DNA of 64,000 nt from the human T2T-CHM13v2.0 reference genome, Homo sapiens. Every line of letters begins with the position of its first letter. Positions within the stretch are counted from its first letter, which is position 1. The notes beneath the pieces were generated by a model. The model did no database searches. It saw nothing but the letters and a program-made list of their open reading frames with translations, and had not been told where the DNA came from. Below, piece by piece: positions 14,433 through 27,657 of the stretch. Both the position numbers and the translations under genes were made by a program. Location: NCBI RefSeq assembly GCF_009914755.1, contig NC_060926.1; one strand, given 5' to 3'.

Positions 14433-17400
14433 ACAATGAGAACACATGAACAGAGGAAGGGGAACATCACACTCTGGGGACTGTTGTGGGGTGGGAGGAG
14501 GGGGGAGGGATAGCATTGGGAGATATACCTAATGCTAGATGACGAGTTATTGGGTGCAGCGCACCAGCATGGTACATGTATACATATGTAACTAACCTGC
14601 ACATTGTGCACATGTACCCTAAAACTTAAAGTATAATAATAATAAATAAAATAAAATAAAAAATCAAAAATATGATATAGGATATGAAAGAAAAATACTT
14701 CAGCGAAACAGAAAGCATAAATAAAAAACAATCACAACTTCTGAAAGTCAAGGATACATTTAGATAAATGCAAAATGCACTGGAAAGTCTCAGCAATAGA
14801 TCGAACAAGCAGAAGAAAGAACTTCAGAGCTTGAAGACAAGGCTTTTGAATTAACCCAACCCAACAAAGACAAAGAAAAAAGAATGGAAAAATATGAACA
14901 AAGCCTCCAAGAAGCTTGGGACTTTGTCCAAACCTAAGAATAAATGTCCAAACCTAAGAATAATTGATATTCCCAAGGAAAAAGAGAAATCTAAAAATTT
15001 GAAAAACATTTTTGAGGGAATAATCAAGGAAAACTTCCCTGGCCTTGCTAGAGATCTAGACATCCAAATATAAGAAGATCAAAGAACACCTGGTAAATTC
15101 ATTGTAAAAAGATCATCACCTAGATACATAGCCATCAGGTTATCTAAAGTCAAGACGAAGGAAAACATCTTAAGAGCTATGAGGCAAAAGCATCAAGTAA
15201 CCTAAAAAGGAAAACCTATCATATTAACAGCAGATTTCTCAGCAGAAACCCTACAAGCTACAAGGGATTGGGGTCCTACTTTTAGCCTCCTTAAACACAA
15301 TTATCAGCCAGAAAATTTATGCTTAGTGAAACTAAGCTTCATAAATGAAGGAAAGATGCAGTCTTTTCCAGACAAACAAAGGCTGAGGGAATTTGCTACT
15401 ACCAAGCCTGCTAAAAGGAGATGTAACTCTTGAAACAAACTCTTGAAATACACCAAAACAGAACCTCCTTGAAACATAAATCTCACAGGACCTATATAAC
15501 AATAACACAATGAAAAAAAAAAGGTATTCAGGCAAAATATAGCACAATGAATAGAATAGTATCTCATGTCTAATACTAACATTGATGTAAATGGCCTAAA
15601 TGCTCCACTTAAAAGACACAAAATGAGAGAATGGAGAATAATTCACCAACGAAGTTTCTGACAGAATGGAGAATAATACGCCAACCAAGTTTCTGCTGTC
15701 TTCAGGAGACTCACCTAACAAATAAGGACTCACATACACTTAAGGTAAAGGGATGGAAAAAGATAGTCCATGCAAATGGACAAGAAAAGCAAGCAGGAGT
15801 AGCTGTTTTTATATCAGATCAAACAAATATTAAAGCAACAGCAGTTAAAAAAGACAAACAAGGTCATTATATAGTGACAAAGGACTAGTCCACAGGAAAA
15901 TATCACAATTCTAAATATATATGCACCTAACACTGGAGTTCCCAAATTTATAAAACAATTACTACTAGACCTAAGAAATAAGACAGACAGCAATACAATG
16001 ATAGCGGGGGACTTTAATACTCCACTGACAGCACGAGACAGGTCATCAAGATGGAAAGTCAACAAAGAAACAATGGACTTAAACTATACCTTAGAACAAA
16101 TGAACTTAACAGATATTTGCAGAACATTCTACCTAACAACTGCAGAATATACATTCTATTCATCAGTACATGGAACATTCTTCAAGACAGACCATATGAC
16201 AGGCCACAAAACAAGTCTCAATAAATTTAAGAAAATCAAAATTGTATCAAGTACTCTCTCAGACCACAGTGGAATAAAACTGGAAATCAACTCCAAAAGG
16301 AACCCTCAAAACCATGCGAATACATGGAAATTAAGTAACCTGCTCCTGAATGCACACTGGGTCAACAATGAAATCAAGAGGAAAGTTAAAAATTTCTTTG
16401 AATTGAACGATAATAGTGACACAATCTATCAAAATTTCTCGGATACAGCAAAAGCGGTGCTAGAAGAAAAGTTCCTAGGACTAAATGCCTACACCAAAAA
16501 ACCTGAAAGAGCACAGGTATACAATCCAAGGTCATACCTCATGGAACTGCAGAAACAAGTACAATCCAAACCCAAACCCAGCACAAGAAAGAAAGAACAA
16601 AGATCAGAGCAGAACTGAATGAAATTGAAACAAAACAAAAAAAATACAAAAGATAAATCAAACAAAAAGCTGGTTCTTTGAAAAGATAAATAAAATTGAT
16701 AGACCATTAGCGAGGTTAACCAAGAAAGGAGAAAGAAGATCCAAATAAGCTCAATTAGAAATGAAATGAGAGCTATCACAACTGATACCACAGGAATACA
16801 AAAGATTATTCAAGGCTACTATGAGCACCTTTATTTCCATAAACTGGAAAACCTAGAGGAGATGGATAAATTCCTGGAAATATACAACCCTCTTAGATTA
16901 AACCAGCAAGATAAAGAATCTCTGAACAGACCAAGACCAAGACCAATAACAAGCAGTGAGCATGAAATGGTAATTTAAAAATTGCCAACAAAAAAAGTCC
17001 AGGACCAGACAGATTCACAGCTGAATTCTATCAGACATACAAACAAGAATTGGTAACAATCCTATTGACACTGTTCCAAAAGATAGAGAAAGAGAGAATC
17101 CTCCCTAAATCATTCTATGAAGCCAGTATCACCCTAATACCCAAACCACGCAAGGACATAACAAAAAAAGAAAACTACAAACCAATATCCCTGATGAACA
17201 TAGAGGCAAAAATCCTCAACAAAATAATAGTTAACCAAATCCAACAGCATATCAAAAAGATAATCCACCATGATAAACTGAGTTTCATACCAGGGATGCA
17301 GGGGTGGTTTAATATATGTAAGCCAGTAAATGTGATTCTCCACATAAACATAATTAAAAACAAAAATCATATGATCATCTCAATAGACACAGAAAAAGCA

Positions 17401-19650
17401 TTTGGCAAAATGCAGCATCCCTTTATGATTAAAACCTTCAGCAAAATTGGCACAGAAGGGACATACCTTAAGGTAATAGAAGCCATCTATGATAGACCCA
17501 CAGCCAACATTATACTGAATGGGGAAAACTTGAAAGCACTCCCCCTGAGAACTAGACCAAGACAAGGATGCCCACTTTCACCACTTTTATTCAACTTAGT
17601 ACTGGCAGTCCTAGCCAGAGCAATCAGACAAGAGAAAGAAATAAAGGGCATCCAAGTCAGTAAAGAGGAAGTTAAACTGTCTCTGTTTGCTGATGATATG
17701 ATTGTATACCTAGAAAACCCTAAAGCCTCACCCAAAAAGCTTCCAGAACTAGTAAATGAATTCAGCAAAGTTTCAGGACACAAAATTAATGCACATGATT
17801 CAGTAACTCTGCTATATACTATCAGTGACCAAACTGAGAATCAAATCAAGAACTCAACCCCTTTCACCATAGCTGCAAACACAAAAACAAAAACAAAAAG
17901 AAAAACAAAAAAAACAAGGAATATACTTAACCAAGGATGTGAAAGACCTCTACAAGGAAAACTACAAAACACTGTTGAAAGAAATCATAGATGACACAAA
18001 CAAACAGAAAACACACTCCATGCTCATGGATGGGTAGAATCAGTATTGTAAAAATGATCATACTGCCAAAAGCCACCTATAAATTCAATGCAGTTCTCAT
18101 GACAATACCATCAGTCTTCACAGAACTAGAAAAAATCCTAATATTCATATGGAATCAAAAAAGAGCCCACATAGCCAAAGCAAGCCTAAGCAAAAAGGAC
18201 AAATACGGAGTCATCACATTACTCAACTTCAACTATACTATAAGGCCCTAGTCACCAAAACAGCATGATACTGTATAAAAATAGGCACATAGACCAATGC
18301 AACAGACTAGAGAACCCAGAAATAAAGCCAATTGCTTACAGCCAACTGATCTTTGACAAAGTAAACAAAAACATGAGGTGAGAAAAGGACAGCCTATTCA
18401 ACAAATGGTGCTGAGATAATTGGCAAGCCAAATGTAGAAGAATGAAACTGGATCCTCATCTCTCACCTTATACAAAAATCAACTCAAGATGAATCAAAGA
18501 CTTAACTCTAAGACCTGAAACCATAAAGACTCCAGAAGATAACATCGGAAAAACTCTTCTAGACATTGGCTTAGGCAAAGACTTCATGACCAATAACCCA
18601 AAAGCAAATGCAACAAAAACAAAGATAAATAGATAGGATTTAATTAAACTAAAAAGCTTCTGCACAGCAAAAGAAATAATGAGCATGGTTAACAGACAAC
18701 CCAGAGGGGGAGAAAATCTTCACAATCTATACACCTGACAAAGGACTAATATCCAGAATCCACAAAGAACTCAAACAAATAAGCAAGAAAAAATCAAACA
18801 ATCCCATCAAAAACTGGGATAAGGACATGAATAGGCAGTTCTCAAAAGAAGACATAAAAATGGCCAACAAGCATATGGAAAAATGTTCAACACCACTAAT
18901 TATTAGGGAAATGCAAATCAAAACCACAATGCAATACCATCTCACTCCTGCAAGAATGACCACAATAAAAAAAAAAAAAAGATGTTGGCATGGATGCAGT
19001 GAAAAGGGAACACTTTTACACACTGTTGGTGGTAATGTAAACAGGTACAACCTCTGGAAAACAGTGTGGAGATTCCCAAGAACTAAAAGTAGATCTACCA
19101 TTTGATCCAGTAATCCCACTACTAGGTATCTACCCAGAGGAAAGGAAGTCATTATACAAAAAAGATACTTGCACACACATGTTCACTGCAGCACAATCTG
19201 CAATTTGAAAAATATGGAACCAGCCCAAACGTTCATCAATCAACGAGTGGATAAAGAAAATATGGTATATATATAATGGAATACTACGCAGCCATAAAAA
19301 GGAATGGAATAATGGCATTCACAGCAACCTGCATGGAATTGGAGACCATTAAAGTAACTCAGAAGTGGAAAACCAAACAGCATAGGTTCTCACTCATGCG
19401 TGGGAACTAAGCTATGAGGACGCAAAGGCATAAGAATGATACATCGGATTTTGGGGACTTGGGGAAAAGGGTGGGGGATGGTGAGGGATAAAAGACTACA
19501 CATTGGGTACAGGGTACACTGCTCGGGTGATGGGCGCACCAAAATCTTAAAAATCACCCCTAAAGAATTTATGTAACCAACCACCACCCCAAAACCTATT
19601 GAAAACATTTTTTTTTAATTAAAAATAAATTTTTTAAAAAGAATCTTCTG

Positions 19651-19807
19651 TTGCAGCCCTCTCCAAGATCCATTGAGCCACGGTCACTCCACCGAGTTCT
19701 GTTCCTCACGTCTCATCTCTTAGGAGGAGTTTCTACCCATGAGTGTCTCAGTCCTTCCTAAAAATACACCCAAGTGGAGATGTGCCACTGAGCTGCAGGC
19801 TCTTAGA
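19651..19807 (+). pseudogene. 3' part of the L1-split exon (..CCSPLQDPLSHGHSTEFCSSRLIS*EEFLPMSVSVLPKNTPKWRCATELQALR)
   Basis: Follows the right TSD; donor AGA|gtaaga; rejoined exon is 200 nt, phase 1-0. Confidence 0.5.
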
Positions 19808-20079
19808 GTAAGACCACCGCACACCAGTGATGCTCCATCCCCCTTCCTCCCTTGGTGTTCTTCGTTCAGGGCACACTTTTAGACACTAGAATTTTGGCTG
19901 CACAATTAAGGCATTAAAAGGCTCAAAATAGCAGCAAACAAGTTGGCAATAATTATAACGTAATTGCTACACAATGTCTCATGGTGTATATAAAATCATT
20001 CACAGTTATTGCAGTATTCATTTGCACTCCCTTCAGTATTATGATGCTGTTTGAGTAGAACCATTTCCTGCCCTAACAG

Positions 20080-20105
20080 CCGCTTTACAGACTCAAGATT
20101 CAGAG
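20080..20105 (+). pseudogene. Small exon remnant (PLYRLKIQ; alternative acceptor at 20090 gives 15 nt)
   Basis: Acceptor tttcctgccctaacag, donor GAG|gtatgg, phase 0-2. Confidence 0.45.
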
Positions 20106-20249
20106 GTATGGCATGTGTCAGCACATGTTACGTTTTTGGAATCCACATATATATCATATTCTTTTGATTTAATGTTGTTCCAACTATGAGATACAGCTGT
20201 AAGAGAAAAGTTTCAGATTAAGAAGAAAAAGCTTTACAGACTGATCAAA

Positions 20250-22190
20250 ATTAGGAATCCCTAAATACTGAAAGCAAAATGAAACAAAGTAACCTGTATC
20301 TGGGCGGGTAGCATAATGAGAGGAACCACTCAGTAATTAACTTTCACTAAACATCCTTAGCAGAATACAACCTAAGATAACACAACTAAAGTAAACAACT
20401 CTTGAAACTTTTCAGTAATCAATTGTTGGTATTACATGGTTGCTATTCTGAGACTATTGCATGTGTATTGTGAAATAAAACAAATTATGTTGTTGTCATT
20501 GAAAAGTCATTCTTTTTAGCATTGGAAAAGGAAATATAGGTGTAATACCATTATGGTTAAGTTAAAATTCTGTAGTCCTGAATGTGAATCAGAATAATCT
20601 ACATAAATTCAAGACATATTTTATCTTTAAGACACTATACATATTCCTTTACTCTGAAAAATGAAGAAAGCCAAGAAACAAAGACCAGCCCACTCGTACT
20701 AACCTCTTGTAGAACTCAAATTGAGCTTTCTAAGTAACAATTTGCACCAAAAGGAACCAGGACTCCTTGGATAAATGAATGATCCCAGTGCGAGGCAGGA
20801 GGTGTACATGGGGGGCCTGGGCCATCTTGTCATACAGAAAGCAAGGAAGCCTTCAAAGTCCTCTGAGTCCACCCCACCAGGACTCAACATCCAGCTTGAA
20901 GAGGCTCCCACTGGCCAAAGGTGAGAACAACTTGAGCAGCAATAAGAATAATAAGTCACTTTGGGAGGCCGAGACGGGCGGATCACGAGGTCAGGAGATG
21001 GAGACCATCCTGGCTAACACGGTGAAACCCCGTCTCTACTAAAAATACAAAAAAATTAGCCGGGCGTAGTGGCGGGCACCTGTAGTCCCAGCTACTCCGG
21101 AGGCTGAGGCAAGGAGAATGGCGTGAACCTGGGAGGCGGAGCTTGCAGTGAGCCGAGATGGCGCCACTGCACTCCAGCCTGGGTGATGGAGCGAGACTTG
21201 TCTCAAAAAAAAAAAAAAAAAGAATAATAAGTGCAACAGTCTGAGACATGCAAATGTGTTTAAATACACAAGTTCATAATAACACTAAAAATTTTTTTAA
21301 ACTTAATTGGTCGCCATTGGGGGACACTAATAGACTACTTCATCATTTTTAAAACTATTAAACAAAAGCAAAGAATCAAACTATTATTTTATAAATTGCA
21401 TCACAGGTAGCCAGTGAATGAGAGAAAGCCTCTTTGATAGAATTTTTCACAAATAAATGAGTTGGAAAGGATAGAATTAGAATACTGCCCCTTAGTTCCA
21501 TATGAATTATTAAATATAGGCAATAATCACTCGTTACTACTATCATCTCTCAAAGAAAGACATCCTGATGATATGTCCCTTCTGATGGAAATGTGTAATA
21601 TCATCTAGAAAATATTTTTTGTCCCAAAATTGAATCTGAGTCTGATGAAGCTTCTACATCTAAATACCAAGTTACAGGGAATACAGGGGCAGAGAAATAC
21701 ATGAAATAACACCAAAAAACTTAATAAGCAAGATCTAGACTGTAAAAAACTTTATAGGATAGACAAACAGGTTTTTTCAATAAATATGTTGCAAGGGAAA
21801 TAAAAAGGGGAGAAACCTATTAGCTTAAGGAGAATTAAGCTAATAATTCACATGAACAAATTGCAATTTATTTACTTATTTGAATTCTCATTCAAAGTAT
21901 AAAGATATTATGACACAATTGCAAAAATTTTATATTATAAAGAATTATTAATTTTTAGGGTATGATAATGATATGTTTTTAAAAGAGTCTTTATCTTTCA
22001 GAGACATAAACTGAATTATCTCTAATGATATAATGTCTGGGCTTTGTTTTTAAATAACCTGGAAGTAGTAAGAAAGCAAGTGAAAACAGATAAGTCTGGG
22101 TATTAACTGAATTTTTAAAATGGGCAATAGATACATAGGAATTCACTATACTATTTCCTCTAATTTTATATATGTTTGAAATTTTACAAA
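20250..22190 (+). mobile_element. L1MC-type (L1MC4-like) 3' region, interrupted by AluY
   Basis: aaaaggaaccaggactccttgga...ccagcttgaagaggctcccactggccaaa and terminal atgtttgaaatttt motifs. Confidence 0.7.
20957..21219 (+). mobile_element. AluY, 5'-truncated
   Basis: accatcctggctaacacgg and gagaatggcgtgaacc diagnostics; TSD aagaataataagt at 20944-20956 and 21220-21232. Confidence 0.92.
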
Positions 22191-22229
22191 GTGTTTGAAT
22201 ACATATATTCAATAAAGTTAAGGAAAGTA

Positions 22230-23112
22230 GTTATTTGGGGAAAAATTAATTTATACCATGTCACATACCAAAATAAATTTCCGGTGAACAAAATAGTTAA
22301 ATGTTTAAAAAGAATTTCATACAAAAAATGAAGACTACATAGATAAATAATTATTATTTCCTTGGTAGAAATTAATTTTCCATCTTAAAATCAATAAAAT
22401 AAATCACACATTGGCCATAAAACATATTGGCCATAAAAATTTGAAATACATGTATCTTTAAAAACAAAAAGCTAGGAAAATATTGTACCATGATAGATTA
22501 ATGGTTAATGTTATTTCTTTGTAAAAGGCACACCCAAATCAATAAGAAAAAAAATAACCTCAAGGAAAATGGGTATAAAAATGAAATTCATTCTCAACAA
22601 AGCAGACAATATGAATAGCTAATACACTTAAAATATTAATCTCCATAAGAATTAAGGAAATACAAATTAAAATAGAACAGATAATTCACAAATTTCCAAT
22701 TTTATAATATTTAAAACTTATGTTGATGTTTTTATATAGACACTAACAGAATGCTGTTAGAAATACAAATCAGTAAATATTTTGTGTAGGGTAAGTTTGG
22801 CAATATACATTAAGAAACATTTTTTAGGCCAGGCACAGTGCTTCACGCCTGTAATCCCAGCACCTGGGGAGATCGAGGCAGGTGGATCACCTGAGGCCAG
22901 GAGTTTGAGACCAGCTGGACAGCACGGCGAAACCCCGTCTCCACAAAAATACAAAAATTAGCCAAGTGTGGTGACGTGCATCTGTAGTGTGCGCTCTCTT
23001 TAGACGCACTCTGTGCCTCAAAAAAAAAGAAAAAAGAAAGAAAGAAACTTTTTTTTAAGCAACCAAAAACTGTATATGCTCAGAGGCAATCATTCCAGAA
23101 ATTCAAGGAAAG
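22230..23112 (+). mobile_element. Ancient L1M ORF2 3' fragment (continues at about 26270-26540)
   Basis: Diverged L1 ORF2-end motifs (accaaaataaatttcc, aaggaaatacaaattaaaa, aaacaacctaaatgcccaaca). Confidence 0.55.
22827..23042 (+). mobile_element. Old Alu (J/S) with most of the right arm deleted
   Basis: Complete left arm; right arm stops at tgtagt, then about 28 nt of non-Alu filler and the A tail. Confidence 0.85.
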
Positions 23113-23327
23113 TGTAGCAGACTTATGCTAAAATGGCTGCAGCTCTGATCATTCCTCCCTGTCTACAGGCCCCTTCTCAAGGTAACTTTGCTTTGCCCCT
23201 CCTCCCATCAGAAGGTGGAGTCTGCTTCCCCTGTCCTTTGAATCTGGCTTTGGCCGTGGTACTTCCCTTGGCCAACCAGACTTGAGAAATGTGACATGAG
23301 CAGAGACTTAAAAAGTACTTGTGCATT

Positions 23328-25490
23328 CAAAAGAATAGAGCCATTTATGACAAACCCACAACCAATATCATACTGACTGGGCAAAAGCTGTAAGTATTCC
23401 TCTTGAAAACCAGCACAAGACAAGAATGACCTCTCTCAACACTCCTATTCAACATAGTAATGGAAGTTCTGGCCAGGGCAATCAGGCAAGAGAAAGAAAC
23501 AAAGGGTATTCAAATAGGAAAAGAGGAAGTCAAACTGTCTCTGTTTGTAGATGACATGATCTTATATCTAGAAAACCCTATAGTCTCAACCCAAAAGCTT
23601 CTTAAGCTGATAAGCAACTTCAGCAAAGTGTCAGGATACAAAATCAATGTGCAAAAATCTCAAGTATTCCTGTACACCAACAGCAGTCAAGCAGAAAGCC
23701 AAATCATGAATGAACTCCCATTCACAATTGCTACAAAGAGAATAAAATATTCAGCAATATAGCTAACAAGGGAAGTGAAGGACCTCTTCGAGGATAACCA
23801 CAAACCACTGCTTAAGGAAATCAGAGCAGACAGAAACAACTGGAAAAACATTCCATGCTCATGGAAAGGAAGAATCAATATCGTGAAAATGGCCATACTG
23901 CCCAAATTATAAATTCAATGGTATTTCCATTAAACTACCATTGACATTCTTCACAGAATTAGAAAAAACTATTTTAACATTCACAGGGCACCAAAAAAAG
24001 AGCCCGTATAGCCAAAACAATTCTAAGCAAAAAGAACAAAGCTGGGGGCATCAAACTACCTGACTTCAAACTATACAAGGCTACAGTAACCAAAACATCA
24101 TTGTGCTGGTACAAAAACAGACGCATAGACCAATGGAACAGAATAGAGAACTCAGAAATAAGACCACACATATACAACCATCAGATCTTCAACAAACCTG
24201 ACAAAAACAAGCAATGGGGAAAGGACTCCCTAGTCAGTAAATGGTGCTGGGAGAACTGGGTAGCCATATTCGGAAGATTGAAACTGGACCCCTTCCTTAC
24301 ACCTTATACAAAAATTAACTCAAGATGGATTAAAAACTTAAATGTAAAACCCAAAACTATAGAAACCCTAGAAGAAAATCTAGGCAATACCATTCAGGAC
24401 ATAGGCACAGGCAAAGATTTCACGATAAAAATATCAAAAGCAATTGCAACAGAAGCAAAAATTGACAAATGGGATTTAATTAAACTAAAGAACTCCTGAA
24501 CCACAAAAGAAACTATCATCAGAGTGAACAGGCAACTTACACAATGGGAGAAAATTTTTGCAGTCTATCCATCTGACAAAGGTCTAATATCCAGAATCTA
24601 CAAGGAACTTAAACAAATTTACAGGAAAAAACAGCCCATTAAAAAGTGTGCAAATGACATGAACAGACACTTCCCAAAAGAAGACATTTATGCAGCCAAA
24701 AAACATGAAAAAAAGCTCAGTATCATGGATCATTAGAGAAATGCAAATCAAAACCCCAGTGACATATCATCTCATGCCAGTCAGAATGGTGATTATTAAA
24801 AAGTCAAGAAACAACAGATGCTGTGAAGCTGTGGAGAAATAGGAATGCTTTTACACTCTTGGTGGGAATGTAAATTAGTTCAACCAGCATGGAAGACAGT
24901 GTGGCAATTCCTCAAAGGCCTAGAACCAGAAATACCATTTGACCCAGCAATACCATTACTGGGTATATACCCAAGGGAATATAAATCATTGTATCACAAA
25001 GATTCATGAACACATATGTTCAATGTGGCACTATTCACAATAGCAAAGACATGGAATCAACCCAATGCCCATAAATGATAGAATGGATAAAGGAAATGTG
25101 GTACATATACACCATGGAATATTATGTAGCCATAAAAAGGAATGAGATCATGTCCTTTGCAGGGACATGGATGGAGCTGGAAGCCATCATCCTCAGCAAA
25201 CTAATGCAGGAACAGAAAACCAAACACTGAATGTTCTCATTTATTATAAGTGGGAGCTGAATGATGAGAATACATGGACACAGAGAGGGGAACAACACAT
25301 ACTGGGGCCTGTCGAGGGGGTGGGAGGTGAGGAGGGACAGCATTAGGAAAAATAGCTAATGCATGTGGGGGTTAATACCTAGGTGATGGGTTGATAGGTG
25401 CAGCAAACCACCATGGCACACATTTACCTATGCAACAAACCTGCACATCCTGCACATGGACCCCAGAACTTAAAGTAAAACTTAAAACAT
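23328..25490 (+). mobile_element. 5'-truncated L1PA10-13-like element
   Basis: ORF2 fragments ([15 protein letters not shown]); 3'UTR gcattaggaaaaatagctaatgcatg...taatacctaggtgatggg. Confidence 0.88.
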
Positions 25491-25499
25491 TGTTTCAAA

Positions 25500-25797
25500 A
25501 AGAAAATATTTTGCTAAGTGAAAGGAGCCAGTCATCAAAAACCACATACTATATGAATGGAAATTCATATGAAAGTCCCGAATAAGGAAATCTATAGAGA
25601 CAGAAAGTAGATTCATGGTTGCTTAGTGATGGAATACAGGAACATGGGGACACAGAGAGGATAATAAGTAAAAACTATGGAATTTCTTCTTTGAAGTGAA
25701 TAAAATGTTCTAAGATAGACTGTAGTGATGGTTACACGTATCTGTGAACACACTGAAAGCCATTGGATGGTGCACTTTGGGTGAATAGTGAGTATGT
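25500..25797 (+). mobile_element. L1MB-type 3'UTR fragment
   Basis: gctaagtgaaaggagccagtca...aaatctatagagacagaaagtagatt. Confidence 0.75.
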
Positions 25798-25942
25798 GAG
25801 CATAAGGAAAAATAGCTAACGTGTGCAGGGCTCAATACTCAGGTGAGAGGTTGACAGATGCAGCAAATCACCATGGCACATGTTTACCTACATAACAAAC
25901 TTGCACATGCTGCATATGTACCTCAGAACTTAAAAAAAAAAA
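25798..25942 (+). mobile_element. Short L1PA10-13-like 3' end with poly(A)
   Basis: gagcataaggaaaaatagctaa...gcagcaaatcaccatggcacatgtttacc...agaacttaaaaaaaaaaa. Confidence 0.8.
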
Positions 25943-26803
25943 TGGCTTGTGCAATGGGTCTTTCCCTCTCCTGCTGTTGGTGACCCTTCTGCCACCAGGA
26001 ATATGCCTGGGCTAGATTCCTTAAGGATGAGAGAACAGGTGGAGAGAGTCCCAGGCATCTTAGTTTTCCCTGTTGTCCTAGACATGGGAGTTAGGCCATC
26101 CCAGATCATCCGGCCTTAGCAGAACCAGCACAGACCAGAAAAACAGATTCTTTGCCAATCTACAGAATCATGAAAAAGAGATGGCCCATCTCCTCCAGGA
26201 AAGCACAATTGTTATTTTAAGACATTATGTTTTGGGAAAATTTCTTAATAAAAGCTGAATTATGAAAATGATCATAAAAATGGACAATGTATATGTGAAA
26301 GATGTTCATTTTAGTATCATTTATGTTAATAAACTATAAACAACCTAAATGCCCAACAAGAAGGAATGGTTAATTAGATTAACAACTATAGATTTGAAGA
26401 TCATAAAATCATGAAAAATCATGTTTTCAAAATATTTTGATGCTATTAAAAATGTTCACAATGGAAAATTAAATTTAAAAAGCAAATAATAGAAACATAC
26501 GTAAAGTATGATTTTCAATTATACAAATGTGTATATGGGTTATATCACAAATGGAGATTGACCTGAAGACTTATTTTAAAAACCACTGTTTTAAAATTTG
26601 CACACAGTGTCTCACTTCTTCTCTGGGAAGACCTTCCCCAGTTTCTCTGGTGGTCTCTTTAACTTATGCAGTGTAAAGCAAGAGCAAATACGTAAATGCA
26701 TTGAAGCAATCTACATGTGGAAGGTTCTGACTGGGATGTTCTGTTTAATAAATGTAAAACAGCTGCATTTTAAAACTATACCTCCAAAGATTGCTTTCTT
26801 TAG

Positions 26804-26888
26804 AGAATGTTTCTTCTATTATCCTGGATTTAAATGGCCATGTACCTTCAAATCATTGCTTGTCCTTAAAGAGATGTGATGTTATTCT
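26804..26888 (+). pseudogene. Exon remnant (ECFFYYPGFKWPCTFKSLLVLKEM*CYS)
   Basis: Acceptor ttgctttctttag, donor TCT|gtgagt, phase 2-0. Confidence 0.5.
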
Positions 26889-27109
26889 GTGAGTTTTTTG
26901 CAAAAGGTGTAACTCCTGGATAGAAAAGCCTAATCTTCTCACGTGACATTGGAGGAGATCTGTAGATTAAGGTCTATGTTGAGTTTGATACAATAACTTA
27001 GACTTTGGAAAATGTTCTCTAAGACTAGTATAGCTAAGTCTTCCATCCTCATGGCCAGGTAGACTAGTCCCCTGCAGACCCCTGCATTGGGGTCTTCCAT
27101 TCTCTGAAG

Positions 27110-27280
27110 GGAGTGGAAGTTCCTGCTGTCAATCTTTCTGGAAAAGGAGTTAACACTGAAATAGTAAATGAAAACTGAAGAGGGCAACTCTTGGGCTTTA
27201 CTGGGGTGGAGAAATGTCCATTTCTTTTGAGGGTTGGGCTTAAAGTTGAACTTTAAGAATGGACACTTCTAGAAGCAACT
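27110..27280 (+). pseudogene. Exon remnant (GVEVPAVNLSGKGVNTEIVNEN*RGQLLGFTGVEKCPFLLRVGLKVEL*EWTLLEAT)
   Basis: Acceptor tcttccattctctgaag, donor ACT|gtaagt, 171 nt, phase 0-0. Confidence 0.5.
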
Positions 27281-27559
27281 GTAAGTTTCTTTCTGTGTTA
27301 CATTTCTCTTCGGCCTTGCCTAAATTTCAGTAAATGATTCTAGACACACCACAGCCTGGTCTCAGCTGTGCATTGGGAAATTTTAAAAAGGCTGTCCCAA
27401 GGATTGGAGTGGAAGGCTGAAGGATGAGCAGTGTCCTGTCCCCCAAGCTGCAGTGGTGATGTCAGGAGTGTTCACCAGGGGGAGGACTAGGGGAGGAATC
27501 ATCAAACTGGACAGGATACATGGGTGGCAGCAGATGCAGCCACATGGTATGCCCTGCAG

Positions 27560-27657
27560 GCAGGAGCCTGTTCTGAGCATTCTGGCAACTACATTTTTGG
27601 GGACTCAAGTTAGCATAATTGGACATTAAAAATGAAAGTTAAAGAAGAAAAAAACAG
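27560..27657 (+). pseudogene. Candidate exon (AGACSEHSGNYIFGDSS*HNWTLKMKVKEEKN)
   Basis: Acceptor gccctgcag, strong donor CAG|gtgagc, phase 0-2. Confidence 0.4.

Larger units (their letters stand above)
23113..26265 (+). mobile_element. MLT1-family MaLR LTR split in two (23113-23327 and 25943-26265)
   Basis: ccatcagaaggtggagtctgcttcccc...tttgaatctggc and acagaatcatga...ttgttattttaagacattatgttttggg. Confidence 0.75.

Noticed and set aside
14476-14520. G-rich tract able to form a G-quadruplex
   Set aside because: Standard feature of the L1PA 3'UTR.
14925-15695. 20-bp (14925-14963) and 35-bp (15628-15695) tandem duplications in L1PB1, and similar small duplications near 22410, 55467 and 61144-61175
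   Set aside because: Ordinary slippage duplications with two copies each and no spacer structure; not CRISPR-like or functional arrays.
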